A DNA stretch of 64,000 nt from NCBI GenBank assembly GCA_965267335.1, contig OZ253953.1:1743465-1807464 (forward strand). The letters run 5' to 3'. The notes under the pieces were generated by a model that saw only the letters and a list, made by a program, of their open reading frames with translations, searched no databases and was not told the DNA's origin. The DNA is from Cytophagales bacterium (GTDB lineage: Bacteria; Bacteroidota; Bacteroidia; Cytophagales; JAAEPT01). Shown piece after piece: positions 30,333 to 38,423 of the stretch. Made by a program: the position numbers and the translations under genes. Within the stretch, counting starts at the first letter, position 1. Every line of letters begins with the position of its first letter.

Positions 30333-31717
30333 TGCGTATATGGATCATATTGCTTAGCCTGACTTTCTTTTCTGGTTATGTTGACGCACAAAACATACTG
30401 ACGCTTGAGGAGTATTTAGCCTACATCAAGAATAATCACCCTGTATCCAAGCAGGCGGACATCACCGTGAGTTCTGGTGATATGTACGTCAGAAAAGCCA
30501 GAGGAGGATTTGACCCCAAAACTTATTCAAATAACACCACCAAAGACTTCGAGGATAAGAGGTATTTTGACCTTAATAATACGGGTGTGAAAATACCTAC
30601 CTGGTTGGGAATAGAAGTAAAAGCGGGTTACCTCTATAACGAAGGCTATTATTTGAATCCTGAGAACAATGTAACGGGAGATGGTGTGACATACGCTGGT
30701 GTTTCGGTGCCCATTGGTAATGGCTTGTTCATGGATGAAAGAAGAGCGGATCTCAGAAAAGCACAGGCGGTTCAACAACAATCACAGCAGGAACGGGTAG
30801 TGATATTGAATAACCTATATGTGGATGCAATTACTGATTATCTGGACTGGGCATATTACTACTCTTCCGCGCAAGTATATAAGCAAGCCGTTGTTAGAGC
30901 TGAAGAAAGACTAGAAGGGGTGAAGCAAGGGTATTTCGTTGGAGAATATGCGGCAATTGATACAGTGGAGGCAAGCATACTTTTGCAGAACAGACAAATC
31001 AGACTCAACGAGATTGAGATTGAACTTGTAAAAAGCAGAAACCTGGTTTCAACACATATCTGGACTCCTGACGGTGATTTGGTCATTGTAAAGGACAGTG
31101 TCAATCCGGAAGCAATTGATAGTATCAGTTTTATTGAGCTTCCAGATTCTGTATTGAATGGTACATTCCCTGAAGATCATCCGGAGCTTCAAATTTATAA
31201 GTATAAGTTGGCAAAGCTGGATATTGATAAAAGGCTTAGTACCGAAATGTTGAAACCAACCTTGAACCTAAAATATCAGGCACTTACCAGAGACTTTGGT
31301 GTTACAGGATTTCTTCTTGATGAGAACTATAAATATGGATTTGAATTTGAGTTTCCCTTGTTTCTGAGGAAGGCAAGGGGGGCTTATAATCTGGCCAAAC
31401 TGAAAATTCAGGATACGGAGTATGATCGAAATCTCAAGAGAGCCTCTTTGCTTATGAAATTTGACGCATCTAAGCGGCAGCTCAAGTTGTATCAGGAACA
31501 AAGAAATTTAAATGAGCTGAATTTTAGGAGCTATACACAATTGTTTGATGTTGAAACCTATAAGTTTAATATTGGAGAGAGCACCCTGTTTTATGTCAAC
31601 ACTAGGGAAACCAAGAAACTTGAGGCTAATGAGAAGTATTATAAAGCAATTAATAAGAGCTACGGAGCTATCATGAAGTTTTTGATGAGTCGAGGTGATT
31701 TATATAACTTCTTTTAA
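30329..31717 (+). CDS. TolC family outer membrane channel
   Basis: 462 aa with a signal peptide and the two-fold internal repeat and coiled-coil character of outer membrane efflux proteins. It overlaps the HlyD gene by 4 nt. Confidence 0.8.
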   Translation: MMRIWIILLSLTFFSGYVDAQNILTLEEYLAYIKNNHPVSKQADITVSSGDMYVRKARGGFDPKTYSNNTTKDFEDKRYFDLNNTGVKIPTWLGIEVKAGYLYNEGYYLNPENNVTGDGVTYAGVSVPIGNGLFMDERRADLRKAQAVQQQSQQERVVILNNLYVDAITDYLDWAYYYSSAQVYKQAVVRAEERLEGVKQGYFVGEYAAIDTVEASILLQNRQIRLNEIEIELVKSRNLVSTHIWTPDGDLVIVKDSVNPEAIDSISFIELPDSVLNGTFPEDHPELQIYKYKLAKLDIDKRLSTEMLKPTLNLKYQALTRDFGVTGFLLDENYKYGFEFEFPLFLRKARGAYNLAKLKIQDTEYDRNLKRASLLMKFDASKRQLKLYQEQRNLNELNFRSYTQLFDVETYKFNIGESTLFYVNTRETKKLEANEKYYKAINKSYGAIMKFLMSRGDLYNFF

Positions 31718-31726
31718 TCGATGAGC

Positions 31727-33409
31727 TTATTTTTTAACCACTTTAAAGCTTCGATTATAATCAACTCCTTCAAGCCTTAGTATATAAGTACCAGGTACAA
31801 AAGTAGATTCAACAGGAATTCGGGAGCCAATAATTTTCAAAGTACTGCATTTACCTTGCATATCACAGAGCTGAGCACTTTGAATTTTTTGATAGTCCGG
31901 AAGCTGTTCAATATTAATTTCATCGGTAAATGGGTTCGGTGAGATAGCATCATTGTCAAAAATCACGTTTTTCAGTCCGGATACAACAGGTTCTTCATGG
32001 ACAAGGCTAAAGTCCTGTATGTAAACATCACCAGCATCTCCACCAAAGTCGATAAAAACACGTGCATTTGTGACATCTTGTGTCATTGTAAAAGGGATAG
32101 TAAAGGTTTGGGGAGTGGTAGTCAGATTTACAGTTTGTCCGGCATAGGATGTCCATGGAGATTCGTTCAGTCCGGTATACACAGGTAAAGACCGGTTTTC
32201 ACTGGCATAGGCTACTAAAGTCATTGTATAAGATTCACCATTGACCAAACTGAAACCGTCCTGAGAGAGTTGTATGTCCCAGGGGTTGGTGGTCTCTGCG
32301 GCTACGGGGACAATCATTTCTCCGTTAGAAGCACTAAATGACGTGCCATAATAACCCCAGTTCGTAGTTCCCTGAAGGTATTGAGTATTAATGAGCATTT
32401 CCCCAGGACGCGTAAATTCCGGTATTTGTTCAACATCGAAGTACATATCAACACTCAGGTTCGAATCAGTGTTTTGGATGGTTCCATGCCATCGGTTGAA
32501 TTCAAAACCAGGGTCAGGTTGTGCCTCCACCAAAACAGTAGAGCCCGATGTATAGGATGTGTTGTCTGGAGTCTTTGTTGCTGTGCCGTAAGAGAGATCA
32601 GTAATATCAAGCGTATATGGTCCTGCTTCCTCATCCAGCTTATAGACACGGACATAGTCTACTAACATTTGTTGGGGAAAAATACCGTCATCCACACCTG
32701 AAGCACCTCCCCACGTTCCCCCAACAGCAATGTTGAGGATCAGATGAAACTTTTGATCAAATGGCCATACATTGGAACTATCACTTTGCTTATCAAACTG
32801 AAAATATTCCACACCATCAACCAAAAATCTGATACTGTCAGGGTACCACTCTATGCCATAGGTGTAGAAATTATTATATGGTTCAGTGAAAGTGGCTGAG
32901 CTTCCTTCCTGAGTACCTAAGGTATGATTGTAGCTTTCGGTGTGAACAGTCCAATGGATAATGTCAGGTTGGTATCCTACATTTTCCATTATGTCAATTT
33001 CACCACTATTCGGCCAGGTTCCATATACGGATTCACTCGGCAACATCCAGATCGCTGGCCACATTCCCGTTCCCGTTGGTAGTTGAGCTCTGACTTCGAC
33101 CTTTCCATATTCCCAGTCACCTAGCCCTAGTGTTTTCAGTCGGGCACTTGTATACTCACTGCCTTGATAAGATTCTTTAATAGCTTCTATGATAAGATTG
33201 CCGCTTTCCACCCGGGCGTTTTCGGAACGTTCTGCCGTGTAGTACTGAAGCTCGGAATTTCCCCATCCGGAGCCACCAATATCATAGTTCCATTTATCAG
33301 GATCAGGAAGTCCGGTATAGTCAAATTCATCGCTCCATATCTCGATCCAGTTCTGAGAATGTGAGCTGAGTGTGGTAAAAAGAGTAATTATCAGAAATAA
33401 ATAGCGCAT
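31727..33409 (-). CDS. glycoside hydrolase family 16 beta-glucanase (laminarinase-like) with CBM-like modules and T9SS C-terminal domain
   Basis: Signal peptide from the ATG at 33409. The catalytic EIDIME (ExDxxE) motif is present, followed by WPAIWMLP. The downstream beta-sandwich regions are followed by a C-terminal SPNPF...YILRLEG...FKVVKK sorting domain. Confidence 0.85.
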   Translation of the reverse strand: MRYLFLIITLFTTLSSHSQNWIEIWSDEFDYTGLPDPDKWNYDIGGSGWGNSELQYYTAERSENARVESGNLIIEAIKESYQGSEYTSARLKTLGLGDWEYGKVEVRAQLPTGTGMWPAIWMLPSESVYGTWPNSGEIDIMENVGYQPDIIHWTVHTESYNHTLGTQEGSSATFTEPYNNFYTYGIEWYPDSIRFLVDGVEYFQFDKQSDSSNVWPFDQKFHLILNIAVGGTWGGASGVDDGIFPQQMLVDYVRVYKLDEEAGPYTLDITDLSYGTATKTPDNTSYTSGSTVLVEAQPDPGFEFNRWHGTIQNTDSNLSVDMYFDVEQIPEFTRPGEMLINTQYLQGTTNWGYYGTSFSASNGEMIVPVAAETTNPWDIQLSQDGFSLVNGESYTMTLVAYASENRSLPVYTGLNESPWTSYAGQTVNLTTTPQTFTIPFTMTQDVTNARVFIDFGGDAGDVYIQDFSLVHEEPVVSGLKNVIFDNDAISPNPFTDEINIEQLPDYQKIQSAQLCDMQGKCSTLKIIGSRIPVESTFVPGTYILRLEGVDYNRSFKVVKK

Positions 33410-33548
33410 ATTATGATGTGGGTGAAAGTATAATATACTAAAAACAACGCACATTTTAAATATGTTTGGAGGGTGGCTTTGCTGAAAAAAACGAATCTAA
33501 AAGTTGTTGTGTCAGGTGTATTCCTTAATTTACCTAAAAGGTAGTCCT

Positions 33549-34133
33549 ATGAGCAAGAACCTAACCTGGGTATCCAGACACCAACTTAACGAATCAGAAC
33601 AACAGTGGTTGAACCCGAATGTTGATTTGGGAGATGATGTATTTTATTATCAGCATGGCTTCAAGCGACCAGGCAGAGGCCCTCTTGTTTATTTTGTGTT
33701 TGGGTTGTCTTTGTTAAGTCTTATTGTGTTTGCCACAATATTATTTAGTAATGCTACGCATTCAAGTATGGTACTTTGGGTTGGTGTAGCGGTCATGTTA
33801 GCGAGCTTGCTGGCCCTTTTCTTTTATTCTAGAGGGTTTAGACAGAAAAGTCGAAGCTACAGGACTGGCCTTTTTCTAACAAACAATCATATGATAATTT
33901 CGAAGGCTGGAATTATTTGCCGGGTGAACCGGGAAGACGTACAGTATTTTCAGCTCAGGCAGGAGAGCGGAACCACAAGCGATCCTGAGAATGCAAGTTA
34001 TGCGATTGATGTGTATTGGTTAATCGATGACACCGAGTATCAGTCCCAAGTCGCATCGGTATCTTATCTGAGTCCGCTAGACGAGAAACTCAATCGCTGG
34101 ATAGGAAGTGGTGAACTTCCGTCCGGGATTTAG
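33549..34133 (+). CDS. 2-TM membrane protein with C-terminal soluble domain (hypothetical)
   Basis: Starts at the ATG at 33549. Two adjacent TM helices are followed by a soluble domain of about 95 aa. Confidence 0.5.
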   Translation: MSKNLTWVSRHQLNESEQQWLNPNVDLGDDVFYYQHGFKRPGRGPLVYFVFGLSLLSLIVFATILFSNATHSSMVLWVGVAVMLASLLALFFYSRGFRQKSRSYRTGLFLTNNHMIISKAGIICRVNREDVQYFQLRQESGTTSDPENASYAIDVYWLIDDTEYQSQVASVSYLSPLDEKLNRWIGSGELPSGI

Positions 34134-34525
34134 AAGAATTGAGGAGCCCTGTTTCGTAATTCTGCCAGAAATTTTTGTCTCGCAGCACTACCTAATTGTT
34201 TTAGGTTTAGTCTAATCAATCTTGAACTGGATGCAGAAAGAATTACCACCTTGTTGTTATTGATCTCAATAGATGCAATGTCATCAAAAGAAATTCTTTT
34301 CTTACTGAAATAGTTAGGTGAGGCGACTAGTTCATCAGTTGTTATCTCAGCAAAGGGAACGCTTAAGTGCACAATAGCCATGATAACAAATGCTATCATA
34401 AGTACAATCCAGACTTCAAATAAAGGACTATTGGGTGATGCGGCCAATCTTACACCCTTCAGGGCGGCAAGAGCAAAAAATACTATTGCCATGGTCGGGT
34501 TATGCGGGAATTTCAGATTTTTCAT
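34130..34525 (-). CDS. 2-TM membrane protein with C-terminal soluble domain (hypothetical)
   Basis: 131 aa with two TM helices followed by a domain of about 70 aa. Its stop overlaps the convergent neighbour's stop. Confidence 0.5.
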   Translation of the reverse strand: MKNLKFPHNPTMAIVFFALAALKGVRLAASPNSPLFEVWIVLMIAFVIMAIVHLSVPFAEITTDELVASPNYFSKKRISFDDIASIEINNNKVVILSASSSRLIRLNLKQLGSAARQKFLAELRNRAPQFF

Positions 34526-34535
34526 AGAGTTAATT

Positions 34536-35690
34536 TTAACCAGCGTAAGTTTTGGCGTCTTGTTCTGTTATTTTTTTGTCACTCATGATGACGAGCCTTT
34601 CAACGATATTTCGAAGTTGGCGAATGTTTCCAGTCCAATCAAGGTCTTGCAAGTATTTGACGGCTTTAGTGTCTATTTCCTTGGGAGCATTACCATATTC
34701 GTTGGCAATGTCATTTAGGAATTTATCGACCAGGGCCGGAATATCATCTTTTCTTTCGTTCAGTGGCGGCACTTTGATTTCTATTACACTTATTCTGTGG
34801 AATAAATCTTCACGAAAGTTGTTTTCTGCGATTTCCTTTTTCAAATCTTTGTTTGTTGCAGCGACCACGCGTACATCAACTTTGATTTCTTTATCGCCTC
34901 CAACACGGCTGATCTTATTTTCCTGTAAAGCTCGCAGGACTTTTGCCTGAGCGGAAAGACTCATGTCACCTATTTCATCAAGGAAAATAGTACCGCCATT
35001 GGCTTGCTCAAACTTTCCTATTCGTTGTTTGATAGCAGATGTGAAAGCACCTTTTTCATGTCCGAATAACTCACTTTCGATTAATTCACTCGGTATAGCG
35101 GCACAGTTGACTTCCACCATAGGCCCTGAAGCTCTCTCGCTTTTTTCGTGAATCCACTTGGCAACAAGTTCCTTACCAGACCCGTTTGGTCCTGTGATCA
35201 TGACTCTGGCATCGGTAGGAGCCACCTTTTCAATCATTTCTTTAACGGCAGCGATTCCTTTGGATTCACCGACTATATCCAATGATTTGGCGATCTTCTT
35301 TTTTAATGTTTTGGTTTCAACAACAAGAGTTGACTTGTCCAGAGCATTACGCACAGACACTAAGAGGCGGTTAAGATCGGGTGGTTTTTGAATGAAGTCA
35401 AAAGCACCTTTTTTGGTAGCATCTACAGCTGTTTCTATGTTGCCGTGAGCAGAAACCATGATGAATTGGGTATCTTTCCCAAGTGCAATGGCTTTTTCCA
35501 GCACTTCCATACCGTCCATTTTGGGCATTTTGATATCACACAGCACAACATCATAATTGTTGTTTTGTATTTTTTCTAGTCCATCCTGGCCATTTTCAGC
35601 TTCTTCGATCTCATACTTCTCATATTCAAGGATTTCACGAAGTGTACCACGGATCGCCTTCTCATCATCTATTATTAAAATCTTTGCCAT
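34536..35690 (-). CDS. sigma-54-dependent response regulator (REC plus AAA+), lacking a C-terminal HTH domain
   Basis: REC domain (ILIIDDE...DVVLCDIKMP), Walker A GPNGSGKE, Walker B FLDEIGD and R-finger region. The sigma-54 contact loop reads GAFTSA. The protein ends about 25 aa after the AAA+ lid. Confidence 0.85.
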   Translation of the reverse strand: MAKILIIDDEKAIRGTLREILEYEKYEIEEAENGQDGLEKIQNNNYDVVLCDIKMPKMDGMEVLEKAIALGKDTQFIMVSAHGNIETAVDATKKGAFDFIQKPPDLNRLLVSVRNALDKSTLVVETKTLKKKIAKSLDIVGESKGIAAVKEMIEKVAPTDARVMITGPNGSGKELVAKWIHEKSERASGPMVEVNCAAIPSELIESELFGHEKGAFTSAIKQRIGKFEQANGGTIFLDEIGDMSLSAQAKVLRALQENKISRVGGDKEIKVDVRVVAATNKDLKKEIAENNFREDLFHRISVIEIKVPPLNERKDDIPALVDKFLNDIANEYGNAPKEIDTKAVKYLQDLDWTGNIRQLRNIVERLVIMSDKKITEQDAKTYAG

Positions 35691-35918
35691 ATCTTTTCTT
35701 GATTCGATTTACAAAATAGTGAGAGACAAATAATGTTCCAATTTATGAGATATAAGAAAATGTGAAAATTTAGTTTTTAGGGGAGGCTACAAGAGCTTGA
35801 CATCAGGCAGGTTCAGTATATGACCGGATTTAAGCATGTGAGTAGTTTGGAGAAGTATAGAAGAGAGGATGTTGAGGGATTATGCGATAGTGTTAGGAGG
35901 TTTCATTCTTTGGGGTGA

Positions 35919-36356
35919 TTACCATTCAACAGTTACGGTTTGGTCTAAATAGTTAAATGTTATTTTGAAGTTGCTTAGAAACTCCTTTTGACCCAATAGG
36001 ATTGGAAAATCAATGTGCTCAGAGCATTCTAATTGTACCCTGTCACTTTCCCACACTATCTTAGAACTTTCAGTTGGATGAACTAATTGTAACTTAAAGG
36101 AGTGTAGCCAAGTGGTTACAGGGATATTTGATATACCTGTTGTTACTGCCGATTTGACTCCTGTTCCTTTTAGGTTGTGTCCAGTAAGTTCGGTTATTGT
36201 AGCAGTTAACATACAGTTATCTGCACCAGTGTCACAAAGGCATAGCCATTTAAAAGACTCCCCTGTATCAGGGTTTACGAATCTAATAGGTAAATGAGGC
36301 TTTGGTTCTTGCCCAGGAAAGCCATAGAAAGAATAAGTAAACTTGTTTTTTGACAC
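35919..36356 (-). CDS. stand-alone retropepsin-like aspartic protease (single-lobe, clan AA-like)
   Basis: 145 aa with a GTG start. It has LCLCDTGADNCML (hydrophobic-hydrophobic-DTGA) and a later ILLGQKEF motif, and no signal peptide. The size matches a protomer that must homodimerise. Confidence 0.7.
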   Translation of the reverse strand: MSKNKFTYSFYGFPGQEPKPHLPIRFVNPDTGESFKWLCLCDTGADNCMLTATITELTGHNLKGTGVKSAVTTGISNIPVTTWLHSFKLQLVHPTESSKIVWESDRVQLECSEHIDFPILLGQKEFLSNFKITFNYLDQTVTVEW

Positions 36357-36359
36357 CCC

Positions 36360-36548
36360 TTAAAGTATATATGTTGTGTCTGGTTCTGGAATAAAGATCA
36401 TACAATAATCTTTACCAGACTTATTAGCCTTTTGAATTACTTTATCCACAGCTTTTCCTTCTGCAATGATTATTGAGTTATCATTAGCGTCTACCGCTGC
36501 GAATTTAGTTGAAGCCTTTGTAGGGGATATTTGTATTGGTGCTGACAT
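36360..36548 (-). CDS. small soluble protein, possibly DUF5678-like (antitoxin-like position)
   Basis: 62 aa with an ATG start. Its stop lies 3 nt before the protease start. The pattern ...AAVDANDNSIIIAEGKAVDKVIQKANKSGKDYCMIFIP resembles small DUF5678-type proteins; this is from memory and unverified. Confidence 0.5.
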   Translation of the reverse strand: MSAPIQISPTKASTKFAAVDANDNSIIIAEGKAVDKVIQKANKSGKDYCMIFIPEPDTTYIL

Positions 36549-36870
36549 ATATGCTGGACTATGCTCTAATATAATGACAATATAGATAATTTTTCAATAA
36601 TGAATAAAAATGTACTTGTAGTAACGTTTAAGAGTATTTTTTATTACGTATTTATCGTATAATAAGTTGTTACTCAAAAACTATACCTAATTATTCTGTT
36701 TTCACTAAACAAAAAAAAAGAGTATTAGTTCAATATTAGTTTTTCTCGACCACACCCTATATTTGAAACTTCGTTCTTTGATATAAGAGACCCCTGAAAA
36801 ACCTACTTCATTTCTCCCTGAATCCACCGACCACTTAGGTATATTGCTCAGGTGTTAGTTTTTGTTTGCT

Positions 36871-36890
36871 CATAGGGTAAAGATAGGGAG
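36871..36890 (-). repeat. copy A of a 20-bp element CATAGnnTAAAGATAGGGAG (plus strand)
   Basis: CATAGGGTAAAGATAGGGAG matches 37931..37950 at 18 of 20 positions. On the minus strand it reads CTCCCTATCTTTAccCTATG, containing a TAtcTTTA box that resembles the Bacteroidota -7 promoter motif. Confidence 0.7.
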
Positions 36891-36896
36891 AGTATA

Positions 36897-37598
36897 TTAT
36901 TTATCCCCCATTCTATGATTAGGAACGGGGTCATCTATTAAAGATCGATATACTTTTCGAAAGTACATGATTAAGGCAATGTTTAAGCCGATTTTCGCAC
37001 CAAGATTTAATAATCCAAGTAACTGAAATTCAGTGCTATCAAAAGAAGGTGTCAAGGCGTAAGAAACAAACAAAGTCTCTTGAAGAAATACAGAAGACAT
37101 ACTTTGCGCCAATAAGTATGTTAGAATTGCGGTGAAGGAAAATATAGCGATCCTTCGATTCAGTTTAAATGAATCAGGTAATCTTGTCCATTTCCAGGTT
37201 AATAAGAGAGAAGGAATAGCAAACGAGATCATTACCACTGTTTTAAATAATTCACTATTTCCACGAAAGTTCATAGCCAGTCCTTCGGGATAGGTTTTAA
37301 TTAGGTCTATGGAAAATGTAAGCGCTAACGTGATGACAAGGATACCAAGATACTTTGTCTCATTTTCAAACCTTTCTTGAATGGATTTATAAAGGACTAA
37401 TAGTAAAAAAGGAACTCCGAACACTTTCAATATGGACAACATGTTTAAGAATCTTACTGCACGGAATGTGTGTGGTAATTGTGAGATGGTAAGAGCATAG
37501 AGCCCAAGCCAGATTACGTATAGGAATATCAGGTTCGCCCCCCACAAGTAAGCTTTGTTTGGTAGTTTGGATGTTATGTTGGTCAGGAGTTTGTTCAT
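36897..37598 (-). CDS. polytopic membrane protein, about 6 TM (hypothetical)
   Basis: 233 aa with six hydrophobic spans. It has an ATGA overlap with the upstream lipoprotein gene. Confidence 0.55.
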   Translation of the reverse strand: MNKLLTNITSKLPNKAYLWGANLIFLYVIWLGLYALTISQLPHTFRAVRFLNMLSILKVFGVPFLLLVLYKSIQERFENETKYLGILVITLALTFSIDLIKTYPEGLAMNFRGNSELFKTVVMISFAIPSLLLTWKWTRLPDSFKLNRRIAIFSFTAILTYLLAQSMSSVFLQETLFVSYALTPSFDSTEFQLLGLLNLGAKIGLNIALIMYFRKVYRSLIDDPVPNHRMGDK

Positions 37599-37933
37599 TG
37601 ATCCTTCCGAGCTTCAATAGCTTCGTTACGTGCCTGTTCTGCCCCTTGTTTTGCTTTGATGGCTTCCTTCATCAACGAATCAGCTTTATCTCTTTCGATT
37701 GTTGCTTGTTCAGATAATTCCTTCATTTCAATCCTATTCATTTCAGCTTCTAATAGGGCTTCAAAATAGTTTCTATGAGTAGGAGTAAGGGTATCATTTT
37801 CAAGAACGAGGTTTAAGTATTCTATTTTGGATAATGAGTCTGGATTTACACCAGTTGGTTGTTTCTCTTCTTTGCTGCTGCTTGAGCAGGATAAAAGTAT
37901 TGAAACCAAGAACAGTGATAGAAGAAACCTCAT
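37595..37933 (-). CDS. small lipoprotein with coiled-coil C-terminus (hypothetical)
   Basis: 112 aa with lipobox ILLSCSSS and a charged helical tail rich in E/A/K. Confidence 0.55.
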   Translation of the reverse strand: MRFLLSLFLVSILLSCSSSSKEEKQPTGVNPDSLSKIEYLNLVLENDTLTPTHRNYFEALLEAEMNRIEMKELSEQATIERDKADSLMKEAIKAKQGAEQARNEAIEARKDQ

Positions 37934-37950
37934 AGTTTAAAGATAGGGAG
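37931..37950 (-). repeat. copy B of a 20-bp element CATAGnnTAAAGATAGGGAG (plus strand)
   Basis: CATAGTTTAAAGATAGGGAG. The CAT is the start codon (minus strand) of the lipoprotein gene. Confidence 0.7.
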
Positions 37951-38034
37951 TTGCTGGGAATCTTCTGACATTTTTTGATGGTGGTGCTAACTACTAACAT
38001 TAAGTAATATGTCTTATGATATGAAGACTTTTAG

Positions 38035-38069
38035 AAAAAAGCCCGCTGTTGCCTTTAGGGCCGCAGCGG
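38035..38069 (-). terminator. intrinsic terminator downstream of rnpB
   Basis: The minus strand reads CCGCUG-(loop)-CAGCGGGC followed by UUUUUU. Confidence 0.65.
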
Positions 38070-38071
38070 AC

Positions 38072-38404
38072 ATGTGTCTATAAGCCGGATTCTGTTTCCC
38101 GCGTAGCGGGATTCCTATCATTTCTCTAACACGACCTACCCACCGACAGCGAACGAGCAGCTCTTGATTGCCGGCCTATTTGGTCTTTCAACTCATAAGG
38201 TTTACCTGCATCCTACATTACTGAAGGAAGCCGTGAGCTCTTACCCCACGTTTTCAGCTTTTCCCCGCAAGCGAGGTAGTTTGTTTTCTGTGGCACTTTC
38301 TGTCAGCAAAATATTTCTACGTTGCTGCCCTATGTTTCCATAGGTATGATGCTCTGTGTTGTCCGGACTTTCCTCATTCCGCAAGGCGGAACGCGATAGG
38401 ACGA
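38072..38404 (-). ncRNA. rnpB: RNase P RNA, bacterial type A
   Basis: The minus strand contains the universally conserved GAGGAAAGUCCGGAC (plus-strand gtccggactttcctc at about 38361-38375) and ACAGAAUCCGGCUUAUAG (about 38081-38098). A P3-like hairpin UUCCGCCUUGCGGAA sits between P2 and P4. Ends are approximate to +/-10 nt. Confidence 0.9.
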
Positions 38405-38409
38405 CTTTG

Positions 38410-38417
38410 CAAAGTTA
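38410..38417 (-). promoter_or_regulatory. candidate -7 promoter box TAACTTTG for rnpB
   Basis: The minus strand reads TAACTTTG, matching the Bacteroidota TAnnTTTG consensus. It lies about 6-8 nt upstream of the predicted rnpB 5' end and 7 nt after the Smr gene stop. Confidence 0.5.
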
Positions 38418-38423
38418 ATGAAT

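Noticed and set aside
36549-36896. Small ORFs of 12-20 codons in the AT-rich spacer upstream of the protease module, considered as a third component or leader peptide
   Set aside because: They are too short and lack distinguishing features. The only one noted in the findings is the 12-codon ORF attached to copy A of the 20-bp element.
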